Virus record (IMG/VR): IMGVR_UViG_3300005573_000054
Span: 64,001 to 128,000 of that record
Strand: one strand, 5' to 3'
Source of the DNA: a virus
DNA: 64,000 bases
The translations under genes and the position numbers were made by a program. The notes under the pieces are model-generated. The model was not told where the DNA came from, did no database searches, and was given only the letters and a program-made list of their open reading frames with translations. Every line of letters begins with the position of its first letter. Within the stretch, counting starts at the first letter, position 1. Of this stretch, positions 9,812 through 20,038 are shown piece by piece.

Positions 9812-10359
9812 TGAAGACGTTTAGGCAGAAGGGGATTAATTTCGAAATAGAAATAGCGAAAACTCTTTCCAGGTGGATTGGTGATTCTAAACGGAAATAT
9901 TGTCTCTGGAGAAGTTTAGGATCAGGAAGTCTTGCTACAAGAGCTCAAAATTTTGAGTTTGTTGAACAGAGTGGAGATATCTGTGCTTTAAGTGAAAAAG
10001 GGAGGGAGTTTACTTCAAGGATCTATGTGGAGTGTAAAAGGTGGAAGACCCTCGATAGTCCTTTCGAAATTATCGATAAGAATAAGTCGCTTAAATTTAT
10101 AGATGTGATACAGGGTGCTATCGAGAATATCGGAGATCAGAGGAAAATTCCCTGGGTTATTATTAAGAGAGATTATTCCTCTTCTACCCTTCTTTTTACT
10201 CTTTGTCGTTACATAAACAGATTTTATTTATCCGCTTCTTTGAAAATCCAAATATCTCAATATGAGATCTGTGTAGTATCACTAGAGGAATTAATAAACA
10301 AGATTACATGGGAATCATACAAGAAATTTCTAGATGAAATGTTTCAAGACTGTATGTAG
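9811..10359 (+). CDS. Holliday junction resolvase-like PD-(D/E)XK nuclease
   Basis: KG.NFE..IAK.L, SGS, GDI, VECK motifs. Start overlaps the polymerase stop (TAATG). Confidence 0.8.
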   Translation: MKTFRQKGINFEIEIAKTLSRWIGDSKRKYCLWRSLGSGSLATRAQNFEFVEQSGDICALSEKGREFTSRIYVECKRWKTLDSPFEIIDKNKSLKFIDVIQGAIENIGDQRKIPWVIIKRDYSSSTLLFTLCRYINRFYLSASLKIQISQYEICVVSLEELINKITWESYKKFLDEMFQDCM

Positions 10360-10394
10360 ACATTAGACAAAAATTACCTAAAAGGAGATAGAAC

Positions 10395-11843
10395 ATGGAT
10401 CGATTGCTAAGTTCATCAGGAGAATCTTTTTGCCTTTTTATCCCTGGATTCGTGGGGAACATAACAAAGTGGCTGGAAGAAGCACAAAGAGATCATGGAG
10501 AAGCTTTGAAACGGGCTTTTAAAGAGTATACACCAATATTGATCGTTAGTTACGGTAACCTAATACCTCTTAATAATAAAACGATAAAGAAGCAAGATGA
10601 AAAGACTCGGTATAAAAACATCTTGTCTTACGCTTTTGAGAAGTGGAAGGATGAAACGGAATCCTTGGAAGGGATTTGTCAAATAATGTTAGATTCGGGA
10701 GGATTTCAGATCGTTGTTGGACGTATTTCGAAGGATGAAGTTCCGTTGCTCATGGAGACGTATTATAGTTTCGTGAAGACTCTAAATGAGACAGAGTCAC
10801 ATAAACTTCATAGCTTCTTCTTCCTTGATGTTCAGTTGTATAATTCGTTTGGAGTATGTATGGAACGTGAAATGGTTAAGTTTAATCTTGAGTCTGTTGA
10901 AAGGTTATTCTCTCTTGGCTTGAATAAAGATGAAGATCTTTGGAAGAAATTAATTTTTATTGTTCATCCAACGTCAACTGTAAAGTTTAAGATCTGGGAG
11001 AGAGTCGTGGATAAACTCTTTGAAAAATGTCAAACTCTTGAGGCTCTTCCCAGAAGGTATGCCGTAGGTGGTATCGCTGTTAATCCCTCAAGACAAAAAG
11101 AGTCAGTTGTGTTGTTTTGGGTGTATGGGTTGATTTATCTTTTGTGGTCGTTTCTTAAACGTGGAGTTCCTCTGGAATTCTTTTCAGGAGTTCATTTTCA
11201 TGTGTTGGGGCTTCTTAGTCTTCATTTTATAGTGGGTGTTAATATGGTTGCATATTATTTGCAACGTAAATATGGAGTGGTTCTTAATTTTAGTTTTGAT
11301 GGGACTGCCGCTGTGAGTAAAGTCTTTAGAGCGAGACGTATGGGTTTCGTTGATCCTAAGACGTTGTGTTATAAAGAGATTTCGCTTAAGTCAAAAGATT
11401 TAGGAAACCCGGTTCAAGTGGGAAGTAGTTTGACGTCTGAAACTTATTTTTATAAGATAATAAATGAGTTGTGGGAAAGCGTTGGATATGTGCCTTCGAA
11501 AGAGTATACCACAGTTTATAATAACAAGACAGAGACGTTTCACAAAGAAGTGATACCTTGGGTGTTTTTCCTTGATCCATACTTTCATCAAACATATTTT
11601 AAGAGATTCTTTGATGTGGCTAGAGAGGTAGTCGATCGTTATATTGAATCGGGTAACACCTCTAGAATTTGGGAAATCGTTAATTCAGTCTGTAGTGAGA
11701 GTTCACTCGATCATAAAAAACTCATATTTAGGCAGTTGAGTACTGTCTTCAAGATTATTGATGAAGTTATTGAAAATCCTAAAAACTACGATTTTGAGAC
11801 AAACATGTTGATGAAGTTTTATGGTATTTCAGAGGCAGAATGA
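10395..11843 (+). CDS. tRNA-guanine transglycosylase (TGT/DpdA)-like protein
   Basis: MLDSGGFQI, YAVGG, HFHVLG and SFDGT appear in TGT-barrel order. Confidence 0.6.
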   Translation: MDRLLSSSGESFCLFIPGFVGNITKWLEEAQRDHGEALKRAFKEYTPILIVSYGNLIPLNNKTIKKQDEKTRYKNILSYAFEKWKDETESLEGICQIMLDSGGFQIVVGRISKDEVPLLMETYYSFVKTLNETESHKLHSFFFLDVQLYNSFGVCMEREMVKFNLESVERLFSLGLNKDEDLWKKLIFIVHPTSTVKFKIWERVVDKLFEKCQTLEALPRRYAVGGIAVNPSRQKESVVLFWVYGLIYLLWSFLKRGVPLEFFSGVHFHVLGLLSLHFIVGVNMVAYYLQRKYGVVLNFSFDGTAAVSKVFRARRMGFVDPKTLCYKEISLKSKDLGNPVQVGSSLTSETYFYKIINELWESVGYVPSKEYTTVYNNKTETFHKEVIPWVFFLDPYFHQTYFKRFFDVAREVVDRYIESGNTSRIWEIVNSVCSESSLDHKKLIFRQLSTVFKIIDEVIENPKNYDFETNMLMKFYGISEAE

Positions 11844-11858
11844 AAAAAGGAGGTTTTC

Positions 11859-13535
11859 ATGCTTACCTGTAAGGAGATACTCAAAGTACTTCTTTCCGAT
11901 CTTCCTCAAGATGAGAATCCCGATAAACGAGTGTATTATATTTATCTACAGAAACTTTTAGCGAAGTTACTTCTGGTTGATGGAAGTCGATATATCAACA
12001 AGAACTCTTCCAATACAAATAAAGATCTCCAATCAAGTACAGAAAAACAAATATTTTCAGAAGTCTTTGCAGAACTTCAAGAATCCGATCAACATTATTT
12101 AAATAAATTAAAGCAAGTTTGTATAGAACATCTTGAGAGACCAGAACTATCGGGTCGAGAGATCTACGAAGTGAAAGTTGCATTATACGAAGATGTTGAG
12201 AGCTACTCCGAGTTGGTAGATGACCATGTTCCTATCTCTCAGATCGAGCTCTATATAGACACGTTACATAAGTATTTTGCTGTACTGGATATCAAGGGGT
12301 CTCTTAATAATTTATTTAAAGATTTAACAAGCTTCCTCTATGAGAAGACTCTACTCGAGCAAAGCGTAGAAATATCTAAATTCCTTCAAAATTTAGGTAA
12401 CGTTTTTCTCAAGAGTACAGAGAGGCTAACCAGTGAGTCTTATCTTGGTCTGAAGAATCAAGAAGTGTGTGAGTTATCGTTTACATCTGACGAAATTAGG
12501 AAATCTCTTATTGCTCTTTCTGATCTAGTCTCTAGAAAACAAAAGAAAGTATCGTCAGGATATTCGTCTCTTGATAATGTTCTTCAGGGTGGTTTCGAGA
12601 GTAGTAGAGTGTATGTCTTTTGCGGTAAACCAGGTCATGGAAAATCGTCACTCCTTCTTAATCTTGCGCTGAATGCTTCAAGATTCTTATCAAAAGATCA
12701 ATTCGTCGTGTATATTACTTTGGAGAATGATGTCCTTGAGACTACCGAAAGACTTCTTAAGATTCATTTATACGATGATCGTTCAAGAAAGGATGTTAAA
12801 CTAACTATGAATCAATTCTCTCAAGGAATAGGCAGTTTAACTTCTACTCAAGTAGAGTCGATCGTTCTAAAGTATCTATCCGACCTCAATATAATAATTA
12901 AATATTTCCCTCCAAAAACTGGGGTAATGAATATTTTCTCTTGGTTAAATACTGTGGATGTTCTGAAGAAGGTCTCATTTATTGTTATTGATTATTTATC
13001 ACTGATGAAGTCGACAAGAAGTTTCCAGGAGATGAGGTTCGAACTCGGTCAACTTGTTCTCGATTTGAAAGAAGTTTCAAGAAAGTTTAATGTTCCTGTA
13101 GTGACTGCCGCTCAAGTTAACACTCAAGGGTACGAAGGAATTCCTGATATGAGAAACGTTGATGAATCACGTCAGATCGTACAACACTCTGATTTCATCG
13201 CACTCCTTTACGATCCAAACGTGGATTCGTTAGCAACTACAGGTTCTTTAAGTACTCTGATGCCTTTTAAACACTCGGTTATTGGTATTAACGTTGATAA
13301 GAATAGAACGGGACCAAGAGGAAGACTGATGTTCTACTTTCTTTATGAGTGGTTTAAGTTTGTAGAATTTAATGATGTTGAGATTACAGTGTCGGACTCT
13401 GATGTCTCTTCTCGAGAAACTTCTTTTGATGAGATTCTTGAGGAGTTGACATCCCGTCAACTTTCTAAACAAGTAAATTTTGATGATAAGAAAGAAGACA
13501 ACTACCTACTTGATGATACTTCAAGTTTTCTCTAA
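11859..13535 (+). CDS. Replicative DnaB-like (SF4) helicase
   Basis: Walker A GKPGHGKS, ITLEN, IVIDYL, TAAQVN, DKNRTGP. Confidence 0.92.
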   Translation: MLTCKEILKVLLSDLPQDENPDKRVYYIYLQKLLAKLLLVDGSRYINKNSSNTNKDLQSSTEKQIFSEVFAELQESDQHYLNKLKQVCIEHLERPELSGREIYEVKVALYEDVESYSELVDDHVPISQIELYIDTLHKYFAVLDIKGSLNNLFKDLTSFLYEKTLLEQSVEISKFLQNLGNVFLKSTERLTSESYLGLKNQEVCELSFTSDEIRKSLIALSDLVSRKQKKVSSGYSSLDNVLQGGFESSRVYVFCGKPGHGKSSLLLNLALNASRFLSKDQFVVYITLENDVLETTERLLKIHLYDDRSRKDVKLTMNQFSQGIGSLTSTQVESIVLKYLSDLNIIIKYFPPKTGVMNIFSWLNTVDVLKKVSFIVIDYLSLMKSTRSFQEMRFELGQLVLDLKEVSRKFNVPVVTAAQVNTQGYEGIPDMRNVDESRQIVQHSDFIALLYDPNVDSLATTGSLSTLMPFKHSVIGINVDKNRTGPRGRLMFYFLYEWFKFVEFNDVEITVSDSDVSSRETSFDEILEELTSRQLSKQVNFDDKKEDNYLLDDTSSFL

Positions 13536-13608
13536 ATCATGGAAAAACATCCTGATACTATCAGAGAATAAACACGATCTTTGAATTCTATGTAAGGAGG
13601 AACGTTGT

Positions 13609-15573
13609 ATGGCTGAAGAATATCAAGTACCCGTAATAGGTGATTCAATAGTGAATAAGCCTCTGAGTTCTCCAAGAATTCAGACTTATTCAGCTATTGA
13701 TAAGGCTTTTGAGAAACTGCAGAGTTTGATGGCTGAGGAGAACAAGTCTGCTATTTCTGAAGAGGCAGTAACTCCTTGGACAGGAACAGGGCCTCTAGAA
13801 AATGCAGAAGAGATGTTTCAAACTGATTTAGACTCTGATAATGAAGAGGGTGAAGACGAAGAGCATGTTGAGCAAGTTCAAGGTCTTCTAGAGGCAAAAC
13901 GTGGAAGGAAGAAGGGTCGTAGAAGTAGGAAGAAGAAGCTCTTTGAGGAAGACGACTATGACTATCTTCTAGAAGCAGATGACGAAGATATCGAAGACGT
14001 CGAAGACACTGACGAAGAGGCTGAAGAAGAACCTGAAGAGGAATCCGAGGAAGATTGGTATGATCTTCTAGAGGCAAAACGCGGAAGGAAGAAGGGTCGT
14101 AGGAGTAGGAAGAAGAAGCTCTTTGAGGAAGATGATTACGATATCGATGATCTTCTAGAAGCAGATATGGAAGACGTTGAAGACGATGAGGAGCTTGAGG
14201 AAGATTGGTATGATCTTCTAGAGGCAAGGCGTAGAAGGAAGAAAGGTCGTAGGAAGAAGAAGCTCTTTGAGGAAGACGACTATGATTACCTCCTGGAAGC
14301 GGACGATGAAGACATTGAAGACGATGAGGACGAGGAAGAGCCTGAAGAGGAATCCGAGGGAGATTGGTATGATCTTCTAGAGGCAAAACGTGGAAGGAAG
14401 AAAGGTCGCAAGAGCAGGAAGAAGAAGCTCTTTGAGGAAGACGACTATGATTACCTCCTGGAAGCGGACGATGAAGACATCGAAGATGATGAGGAAGAGC
14501 CCGAAGAGGAACCTGAAGAGGAATCCGAGGAAGATTGGTATGATCTTCTAGAGGCAAAACGTGGAAGGAAGAAGGGTCGTAGGAAGAAGAGACTCTTCGA
14601 GGAAGACGACTATGACTATCTTCTAGAGGCCGATGATGAAGACATCGAAGATGATGAGGATGAGGAAGAGCCTGAAGAGGAATCCGAGGAAGACTGGTAT
14701 GATCTTCTAGAAGCAAGGCGTGGAAGAAAGAAGGGCCGTAAGAGCAGGAAGAAGAAGCTCTTTGAGGAAGACGACTATGATTACCTCCTGGAAGCGGACG
14801 ATGAAGACATCGAAGATGATGAGGAAGAGCCCGAAGAGGAATCCGAGGAGGATTGGTATGATCTTCTAGAGGCAAGACGTGGAAGAAAGAAGGGTCGTAA
14901 GAGCAGGAAGAAGAGACTCTTCGAGGAAGATGACTATGATGTTGATGATCTTCTAGAGAGTGAAGTTGATGACCTTTTAGAGGAAGACTTTTTAAAAAAA
15001 AGTTTAGATGATTCAGGAGAATATTCTCTCGAGTCTATTGAACTTTTAGCAGAAGCTATAAAGAAGAAGTCGAAGTCTTCAAGAGGGAAAAGGAAAAAAA
15101 GAGCGTTGAAAAAGCTGATGGAAGCTCTGTGGATCCTTGAAGGAGACACCGAAGAAATTGACGATGAAGATCTAAAAGTTGATGAAGAAGGCATGGATCT
15201 TGACGAATGTGAGTTGTCTGGTAAAAACAAATACGAACTTCTTGACGAAGAGGACTTTGACGAGGGAGATTTAGAAGATTACGACTACGAAGATCTTCTC
15301 GAAGAGATTGAACTGGAAGAAGCTAAAAGAAAGAAGTCTTCGAAAAGTAAAAAGAAAGCGAAGGCTAAGAAAGTATTAGAAGAGCTTGAGACTCTACTAG
15401 AAGAAGATAAGGAAGAAGATGAAGAAAAAGACGAAGATCTCAATGAAGACCTCGATCTCGGTAATACAGACCTCGAGGAACCTGAGGAGAGAGTGATGAA
15501 GCATAACGAGAAGAAGGCTTCATTGTTCGAAGAATCTCTAGTAGAGTCTATACTCAAGGACCTGGATATCTAA
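13609..15573 (+). CDS. Acidic/basic block-repeat protein, putative prohead core/scaffold or internal protein
   Basis: AAGGAGG RBS. Seven roughly 50-60 aa repeats of basic and acidic blocks bounded by LLE/LFE. Confidence 0.6.
   Translation: MAEEYQVPVIGDSIVNKPLSSPRIQTYSAIDKAFEKLQSLMAEENKSAISEEAVTPWTGTGPLENAEEMFQTDLDSDNEEGEDEEHVEQVQGLLEAKRGRKKGRRSRKKKLFEEDDYDYLLEADDEDIEDVEDTDEEAEEEPEEESEEDWYDLLEAKRGRKKGRRSRKKKLFEEDDYDIDDLLEADMEDVEDDEELEEDWYDLLEARRRRKKGRRKKKLFEEDDYDYLLEADDEDIEDDEDEEEPEEESEGDWYDLLEAKRGRKKGRKSRKKKLFEEDDYDYLLEADDEDIEDDEEEPEEEPEEESEEDWYDLLEAKRGRKKGRRKKRLFEEDDYDYLLEADDEDIEDDEDEEEPEEESEEDWYDLLEARRGRKKGRKSRKKKLFEEDDYDYLLEADDEDIEDDEEEPEEESEEDWYDLLEARRGRKKGRKSRKKRLFEEDDYDVDDLLESEVDDLLEEDFLKKSLDDSGEYSLESIELLAEAIKKKSKSSRGKRKKRALKKLMEALWILEGDTEEIDDEDLKVDEEGMDLDECELSGKNKYELLDEEDFDEGDLEDYDYEDLLEEIELEEAKRKKSSKSKKKAKAKKVLEELETLLEEDKEEDEEKDEDLNEDLDLGNTDLEEPEERVMKHNEKKASLFEESLVESILKDLDI
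13885..14958 (+). repeat. Seven imperfect coding tandem repeats of about 150-180 bp
   Basis: Recurrent gattggtatgatcttctagaggcaa..ggaaggaagaa..ctctttgaggaagacgactatga. Confidence 0.95.
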
Positions 15574-15601
15574 AGGTCCTTTACAATTAAATAAGTATCA
15601 T

Positions 15602-15633
15602 TGAAGAAGCCACTTTCAAAGGTGGCTTCTTCA
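15602..15633 (+). terminator. Stem-loop after the repeat-protein gene
   Basis: Perfect 12-bp arms TGAAGAAGCCAC / GTGGCTTCTTCA; weak U tail. Confidence 0.6.
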
Positions 15634-15672
15634 TCACTCTTTCCAATTTTCATTAAACATGGGAGGAATAAG

Positions 15673-16107
15673 ATGGCACTTTACAGTATTATAAAAATAA
15701 CAGGGCCTGGTACAGGGACACTGTGGGAAGGCTATTTTAGATATTTCCCGTTTATCGTAAGGTGTATGACTAAACAAGATCATGATATGATGATAGGAAG
15801 ACTTTCAGCAAAATTTCTTCGTTACGAAATCATTTCAGAACAGCAACCTAAAGAAGAAAAGATAGAAGTTGAAGAAAATCTTGAGGAGAACGTTGTCAAC
15901 GTGTCAATCCACGATAGTGCTCTTCCTATCCAAGATTCTACATCGGGAAAGAGACGGGGAAGAAGAAGAGTAGAAGTCACCACTCCCTCCAACGAAATCA
16001 AGATGGAGGAAGGGTCTGATAAAACTTTAACTCAGACGGAGAATAATAGTGAGTATCAAGATCTTGTTGGACCTTCAACTGATATCAAGACTGATACAAA
16101 CGCCTAA
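15673..16107 (+). CDS. Hypothetical protein
   Basis: Start moved from the track's 15601 to ATG 15673, which follows GGGAGG. Confidence 0.65.
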   Translation: MALYSIIKITGPGTGTLWEGYFRYFPFIVRCMTKQDHDMMIGRLSAKFLRYEIISEQQPKEEKIEVEENLEENVVNVSIHDSALPIQDSTSGKRRGRRRVEVTTPSNEIKMEEGSDKTLTQTENNSEYQDLVGPSTDIKTDTNA

Positions 16108-16657
16108 AGATATTGGCTCCATTATCATCGATGAACACTCTGGTTTTATACAAAGGGAGTTACAGAGTATAAAGGAGGAGTACATCGATAAGTATAGTGT
16201 GTGGAATATACTTGTAAAAGAGACTCCCATCCAACAGATTGTCTTATCGTATGCACCATTTAAAACACTAAAGAGTAAAGCTCTTAAAAAGGAGTGTGTA
16301 ATTTTATACCCCTCTCCTTCTGGAGGTCATTACTCTATTCCATTTTTTACCCAGAATGATATAACCTTTTTAAGCCAAATCAATAATCAACTTCATCAAA
16401 ACATTCCAATACAGATCACCGATACTTCTCTCTTAACCAATGAAAACTACTCGATTGTTACAAGACTTTTTATAGGAGCACTTTTAATAAGAAACGCTAC
16501 AGATTCAACTTTAGGTAGCGTTATTCCTGCTTTGATAGACTTTGTTGCCGATGCTAGAGTTAATCCCAGTGATAACTCGGAAATACTTGCTCGAGTTGTT
16601 CTCTTGACGAAGCTTGAGAAAGAAGTGATAGATAAAACGTCGAAAATCGTAAATTAA
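16049..16657 (+). CDS. Hypothetical protein
   Basis: 202-aa ORF in the gene run; start uncertain. Confidence 0.6.
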   Translation: MSIKILLDLQLISRLIQTPKDIGSIIIDEHSGFIQRELQSIKEEYIDKYSVWNILVKETPIQQIVLSYAPFKTLKSKALKKECVILYPSPSGGHYSIPFFTQNDITFLSQINNQLHQNIPIQITDTSLLTNENYSIVTRLFIGALLIRNATDSTLGSVIPALIDFVADARVNPSDNSEILARVVLLTKLEKEVIDKTSKIVN

Positions 16658-16665
16658 AAGGGGTA

Positions 16666-19266
16666 TTGGCGATGGCTGAGCCGTACGTTATAACTTATTC
16701 CAGAGAAAAACTTAGGTCCAAATTTCTCGAGACAATCAATGAGATTTTTAAGGCCAAAAATCTTACCCTTGACCTTGAGAACTCGTCGTTTGGTATCTTC
16801 CTTGTTAACTTAAATACCGCAATACTCTCTGATTTATTTAATTTCTCCAATTTCCTTTATGGAGAGACAAGTTTAGTTACAGCTTCGTTACCAGAGAGTG
16901 TAAACAACTGGGCAACATATATCGATTATGAAGCCAGTTTTGCAACTTCGGCTCAGCTTATCGCCTCAATATTGTTTCCTTATGACAATGCATTCACTTG
17001 TGAGATGAGACCTTACGAGTTTTACATGAAGTCCTCTGAAGGTATCATGTTTACTATAGATAAACCAGTAAGGATAGTTAACTCCTCTGGAGACGTTCAA
17101 GTACAGTTGATAGATGAAGAAACAAATACGTATGTCTCACTTCCTTGGCAGCTAATAATAGACGAATCGGGAAAAAAATACATCCTTATTGAAAGACCCG
17201 CTTTTAATAAGTATTTAAAAGAATTTACGTTTAGAATTCCTCCGTTGAGACAGTACCAGTTTCATGATGTTAATGTGGGAATCTCAGAGGGGGAGCGAGT
17301 CGTTGATACAAAACTATATGTTGATAACGAAGAATGGACTCGAGGTGTTCTCGTTCTTTCAGGACCTTATGATAAAGTCTATGAAGTAGTCATTCTTGGT
17401 AACAATGTATCATTTAGACTCGGTAACGATATCTTTGGAAAACAACCTAATGGTGATAATATCAGAATCATTCTAACTTTATGTAACGGAGAACAAGGAA
17501 ATATTCAGGCTGGTTCACTTGATTCCGCAGATACTTTGTATAACTTGTCCGGAACTGGTATTGTCGATTGTAAAGTTACGAATAGAGATAAGGCGGTGGG
17601 AGGAAAGAGTTCCGAAAGTATGACTTTGATAAAAAGGAATGCTCCTGTATCTCTTAGACAGCGTTATAGACTTGTTACTCTCCAAGATTTTATAGATGAT
17701 GTCAAAAAAGTGGAGTTTGTCCACGATGCCTTTGTGTTTCTGAAAAGATCTGATACAAGAACTAACGATGTCGATGTTTTCCTTGTCGTTGATGACTTTA
17801 GACCAGATAAAAAATACGTTTTTTGTCCTAGTTCTACAATAACAGTTAAATATAACTATCCGTTTACAGATGTACTCTTTCCTTTTTACACTGAGCTTCA
17901 GAGCGTAGATCCATATGACGGTCAAACAAAGTTTTATACTCCTGTTTTCACTATAATAGACTACGATACTGATACTTGGTATTCATATATTATTCCTGAT
18001 AGTATCGATTACACACAAGTTTCTTGTTTTTATGATTACCTTCAAGAAGGAGTTCCTTCTTCTGTGATTCCGGTGGGAACAAGTTGTGAGTGTAAACGTA
18101 TCTCAATACAAATTTCCAGAACAGAGAAGAAAATCACTTTTAAAGTATTGACAAGTGTTTCATCCACTTCTAATATAAAGCAAAAAATTGTCATTAGAAG
18201 GAAGGGTGGATCTCAGGAAGTAGCGAGTGAAGTTGATCTTCAAGCTGGATTTTCTGATTTTGTAACCCATGAGTATATATACTCAGATGCTAGCGATCTA
18301 ATGAAAATAATCTCATTACATGTTCATAATTTGTATATCAACGGTAACTCTCAGGTTCTTGTCTCGGGTTACAGTATTGGTATCGATTTCTTCACAAAGT
18401 TTGTTGACTATGGTCCCGTCTATAGAGTTAATAACTCTAGTACTGAAGCTTATGTAGCAGATATTCCTGTTTTCCAAAAAGACTACTGTGATGAATTAAC
18501 GGTTGATATTAAAGAGTCAATCTATGAGTGGACGAATGCTCTTTATAATACAGTGTTTCTTGATGAGAAAAAGAGGTTACTTAATGTAAGACCTCATCTA
18601 AGGTTTATAAGAACATCTATGTCTCCAAGTAAACTTAGAAATTTTCATCTTGGGTTTGGTGATGAAGTCGTTTTAAAGGTTGTGAACTCAAAAACTTCAA
18701 CCGATAGCCTGGCAATGGATATTGGCTCGAGTGTTGTGTTGAGTGATCCCATACCAGAGAGCGATCCTTGGTTTGATAAAGCGGGAAGTATAGTAACTTT
18801 AGTGGGTGTAGATCAATTAGGTAATAGAATCTATACGTTTAAGAAGCCAGGACAGGGTACACTCGTTAAAAATCTCGATGACGGAAAGTTATATTATGTT
18901 GTGGATACAAGGTGGAATGAAGTTGTTGTCACTAACCCTCTTGAAGTAGAAGTTGAGATATATGTCTCTGATCCTTCCGTAATGAATCTACTTGAGAAAT
19001 ATAAAGAGAAAATCTGTGAATTTATCAACAATAAAATGTGTGAAGAAGAGATTAGATTCAGTCACCTTGTAAAGTATCTCCAAGAAATTCAAGGTACTGT
19101 TTTTGTACGTGTGATTAAGCCTAAATACGATCTCTTTTGGAAGTATAGTAAAGGTGGAAAGACTGATGTCGGGTCTAAATTGGAAATTCTTATGTATTCT
19201 CCTGAAAAAGTGTTTACCACGAAAGACTTTGTTACTGTTCACCTTAAGGTTGCGTACGGTGTTTGA
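16666..19266 (+). CDS. Baseplate wedge subunit (T4 gp6/baseplate J-like)
   Basis: SLVTASLPESV, FRLGNDIFGKQP, AVGGKSSES..IKRNAP..RLVTLQDF. Confidence 0.85.
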   Translation: MAMAEPYVITYSREKLRSKFLETINEIFKAKNLTLDLENSSFGIFLVNLNTAILSDLFNFSNFLYGETSLVTASLPESVNNWATYIDYEASFATSAQLIASILFPYDNAFTCEMRPYEFYMKSSEGIMFTIDKPVRIVNSSGDVQVQLIDEETNTYVSLPWQLIIDESGKKYILIERPAFNKYLKEFTFRIPPLRQYQFHDVNVGISEGERVVDTKLYVDNEEWTRGVLVLSGPYDKVYEVVILGNNVSFRLGNDIFGKQPNGDNIRIILTLCNGEQGNIQAGSLDSADTLYNLSGTGIVDCKVTNRDKAVGGKSSESMTLIKRNAPVSLRQRYRLVTLQDFIDDVKKVEFVHDAFVFLKRSDTRTNDVDVFLVVDDFRPDKKYVFCPSSTITVKYNYPFTDVLFPFYTELQSVDPYDGQTKFYTPVFTIIDYDTDTWYSYIIPDSIDYTQVSCFYDYLQEGVPSSVIPVGTSCECKRISIQISRTEKKITFKVLTSVSSTSNIKQKIVIRRKGGSQEVASEVDLQAGFSDFVTHEYIYSDASDLMKIISLHVHNLYINGNSQVLVSGYSIGIDFFTKFVDYGPVYRVNNSSTEAYVADIPVFQKDYCDELTVDIKESIYEWTNALYNTVFLDEKKRLLNVRPHLRFIRTSMSPSKLRNFHLGFGDEVVLKVVNSKTSTDSLAMDIGSSVVLSDPIPESDPWFDKAGSIVTLVGVDQLGNRIYTFKKPGQGTLVKNLDDGKLYYVVDTRWNEVVVTNPLEVEVEIYVSDPSVMNLLEKYKEKICEFINNKMCEEEIRFSHLVKYLQEIQGTVFVRVIKPKYDLFWKYSKGGKTDVGSKLEILMYSPEKVFTTKDFVTVHLKVAYGV

Positions 19267-19276
19267 GGAGAAGTAG

Positions 19277-20023
19277 ATGTCTTTTACGCAAAGGACTGTA
19301 GATATAGATGATGTTTTTTATATATATAGTGTCTCGTTTAAGTATAATGTTATGAAGAGAGGTCTAATTTCTATTGATGGGAGTTTTATATCCTCTCTTG
19401 AGCCTCTTGTTAAGTCTTTAAATGACTCAAATCTTTCGACATATAATTCATATCTTGACGTTATGTTTCTTGATATTTACAATTGGATGCAAAAAGATTC
19501 TATACTTACTATTGTAGCTAATGATGATTCTAATATTCCGGTGTTGAATATACTTTCTACTCAACAGAGAGAAACTCTTTCGGAGTTAACAAAAGAAATT
19601 ATTTTATGTAACGTTACTGCTGTAAGAACTACAATTCAGTACTTTCAATTGATACTTCCGGTAGAGAAACTTTCACCTCCTCTTGTTGTTTCTCTTCTTA
19701 GAAGCTTCGGTCTTTACGATGAATTTATGGGATTTCCTTTACCTGTGTTAAGAAAGTTATTAAGGGTTCTAGTGAGATTATACAAGACGAAAGGAACAAA
19801 GTTTAGTGCTGAGACTCTTTTGAAAACTCTTTCTTTTGCAGAAGGTTCGATAACAGAGTTATATTCAAGAAATAGAGACCATAGTAACATCTATATCTTC
19901 CCGATCGAGTTCGTTGGTTGGAGGAGAAGATCAGACCGCGAGGTTGATGAGTTGGTATTTTCTGAAGATGAAGTTGTTGATCAACGTTGGTTTTTATCGA
20001 AAGAAGAATATAGGACGATGTAA
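19277..20023 (+). CDS. Baseplate wedge protein (gp7/protein I-like)
   Basis: RKLLRVLVRLYKTKGT motif, directly after the gp6-like gene. Confidence 0.6.
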   Translation: MSFTQRTVDIDDVFYIYSVSFKYNVMKRGLISIDGSFISSLEPLVKSLNDSNLSTYNSYLDVMFLDIYNWMQKDSILTIVANDDSNIPVLNILSTQQRETLSELTKEIILCNVTAVRTTIQYFQLILPVEKLSPPLVVSLLRSFGLYDEFMGFPLPVLRKLLRVLVRLYKTKGTKFSAETLLKTLSFAEGSITELYSRNRDHSNIYIFPIEFVGWRRRSDREVDELVFSEDEVVDQRWFLSKEEYRTM

Positions 20024-20038
20024 CACGGAGCTAAGTAA

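Noticed and set aside
5876-13535. Inteins or introns in the polymerase or helicase
   Set aside because: No intein splice-junction or homing-endonuclease motifs noticed; the extra polymerase length is explained by the UDG and N-terminal domains.
13751-14875. 374-aa minus-strand ORF with repeats
   Set aside because: Antisense shadow of the repeat gene; its low-complexity codons leave the opposite strand stop-free.
13885-14958. Possible CRISPR array
   Set aside because: The repeats are in-frame, coding and degenerate, with no unique spacers of constant length.
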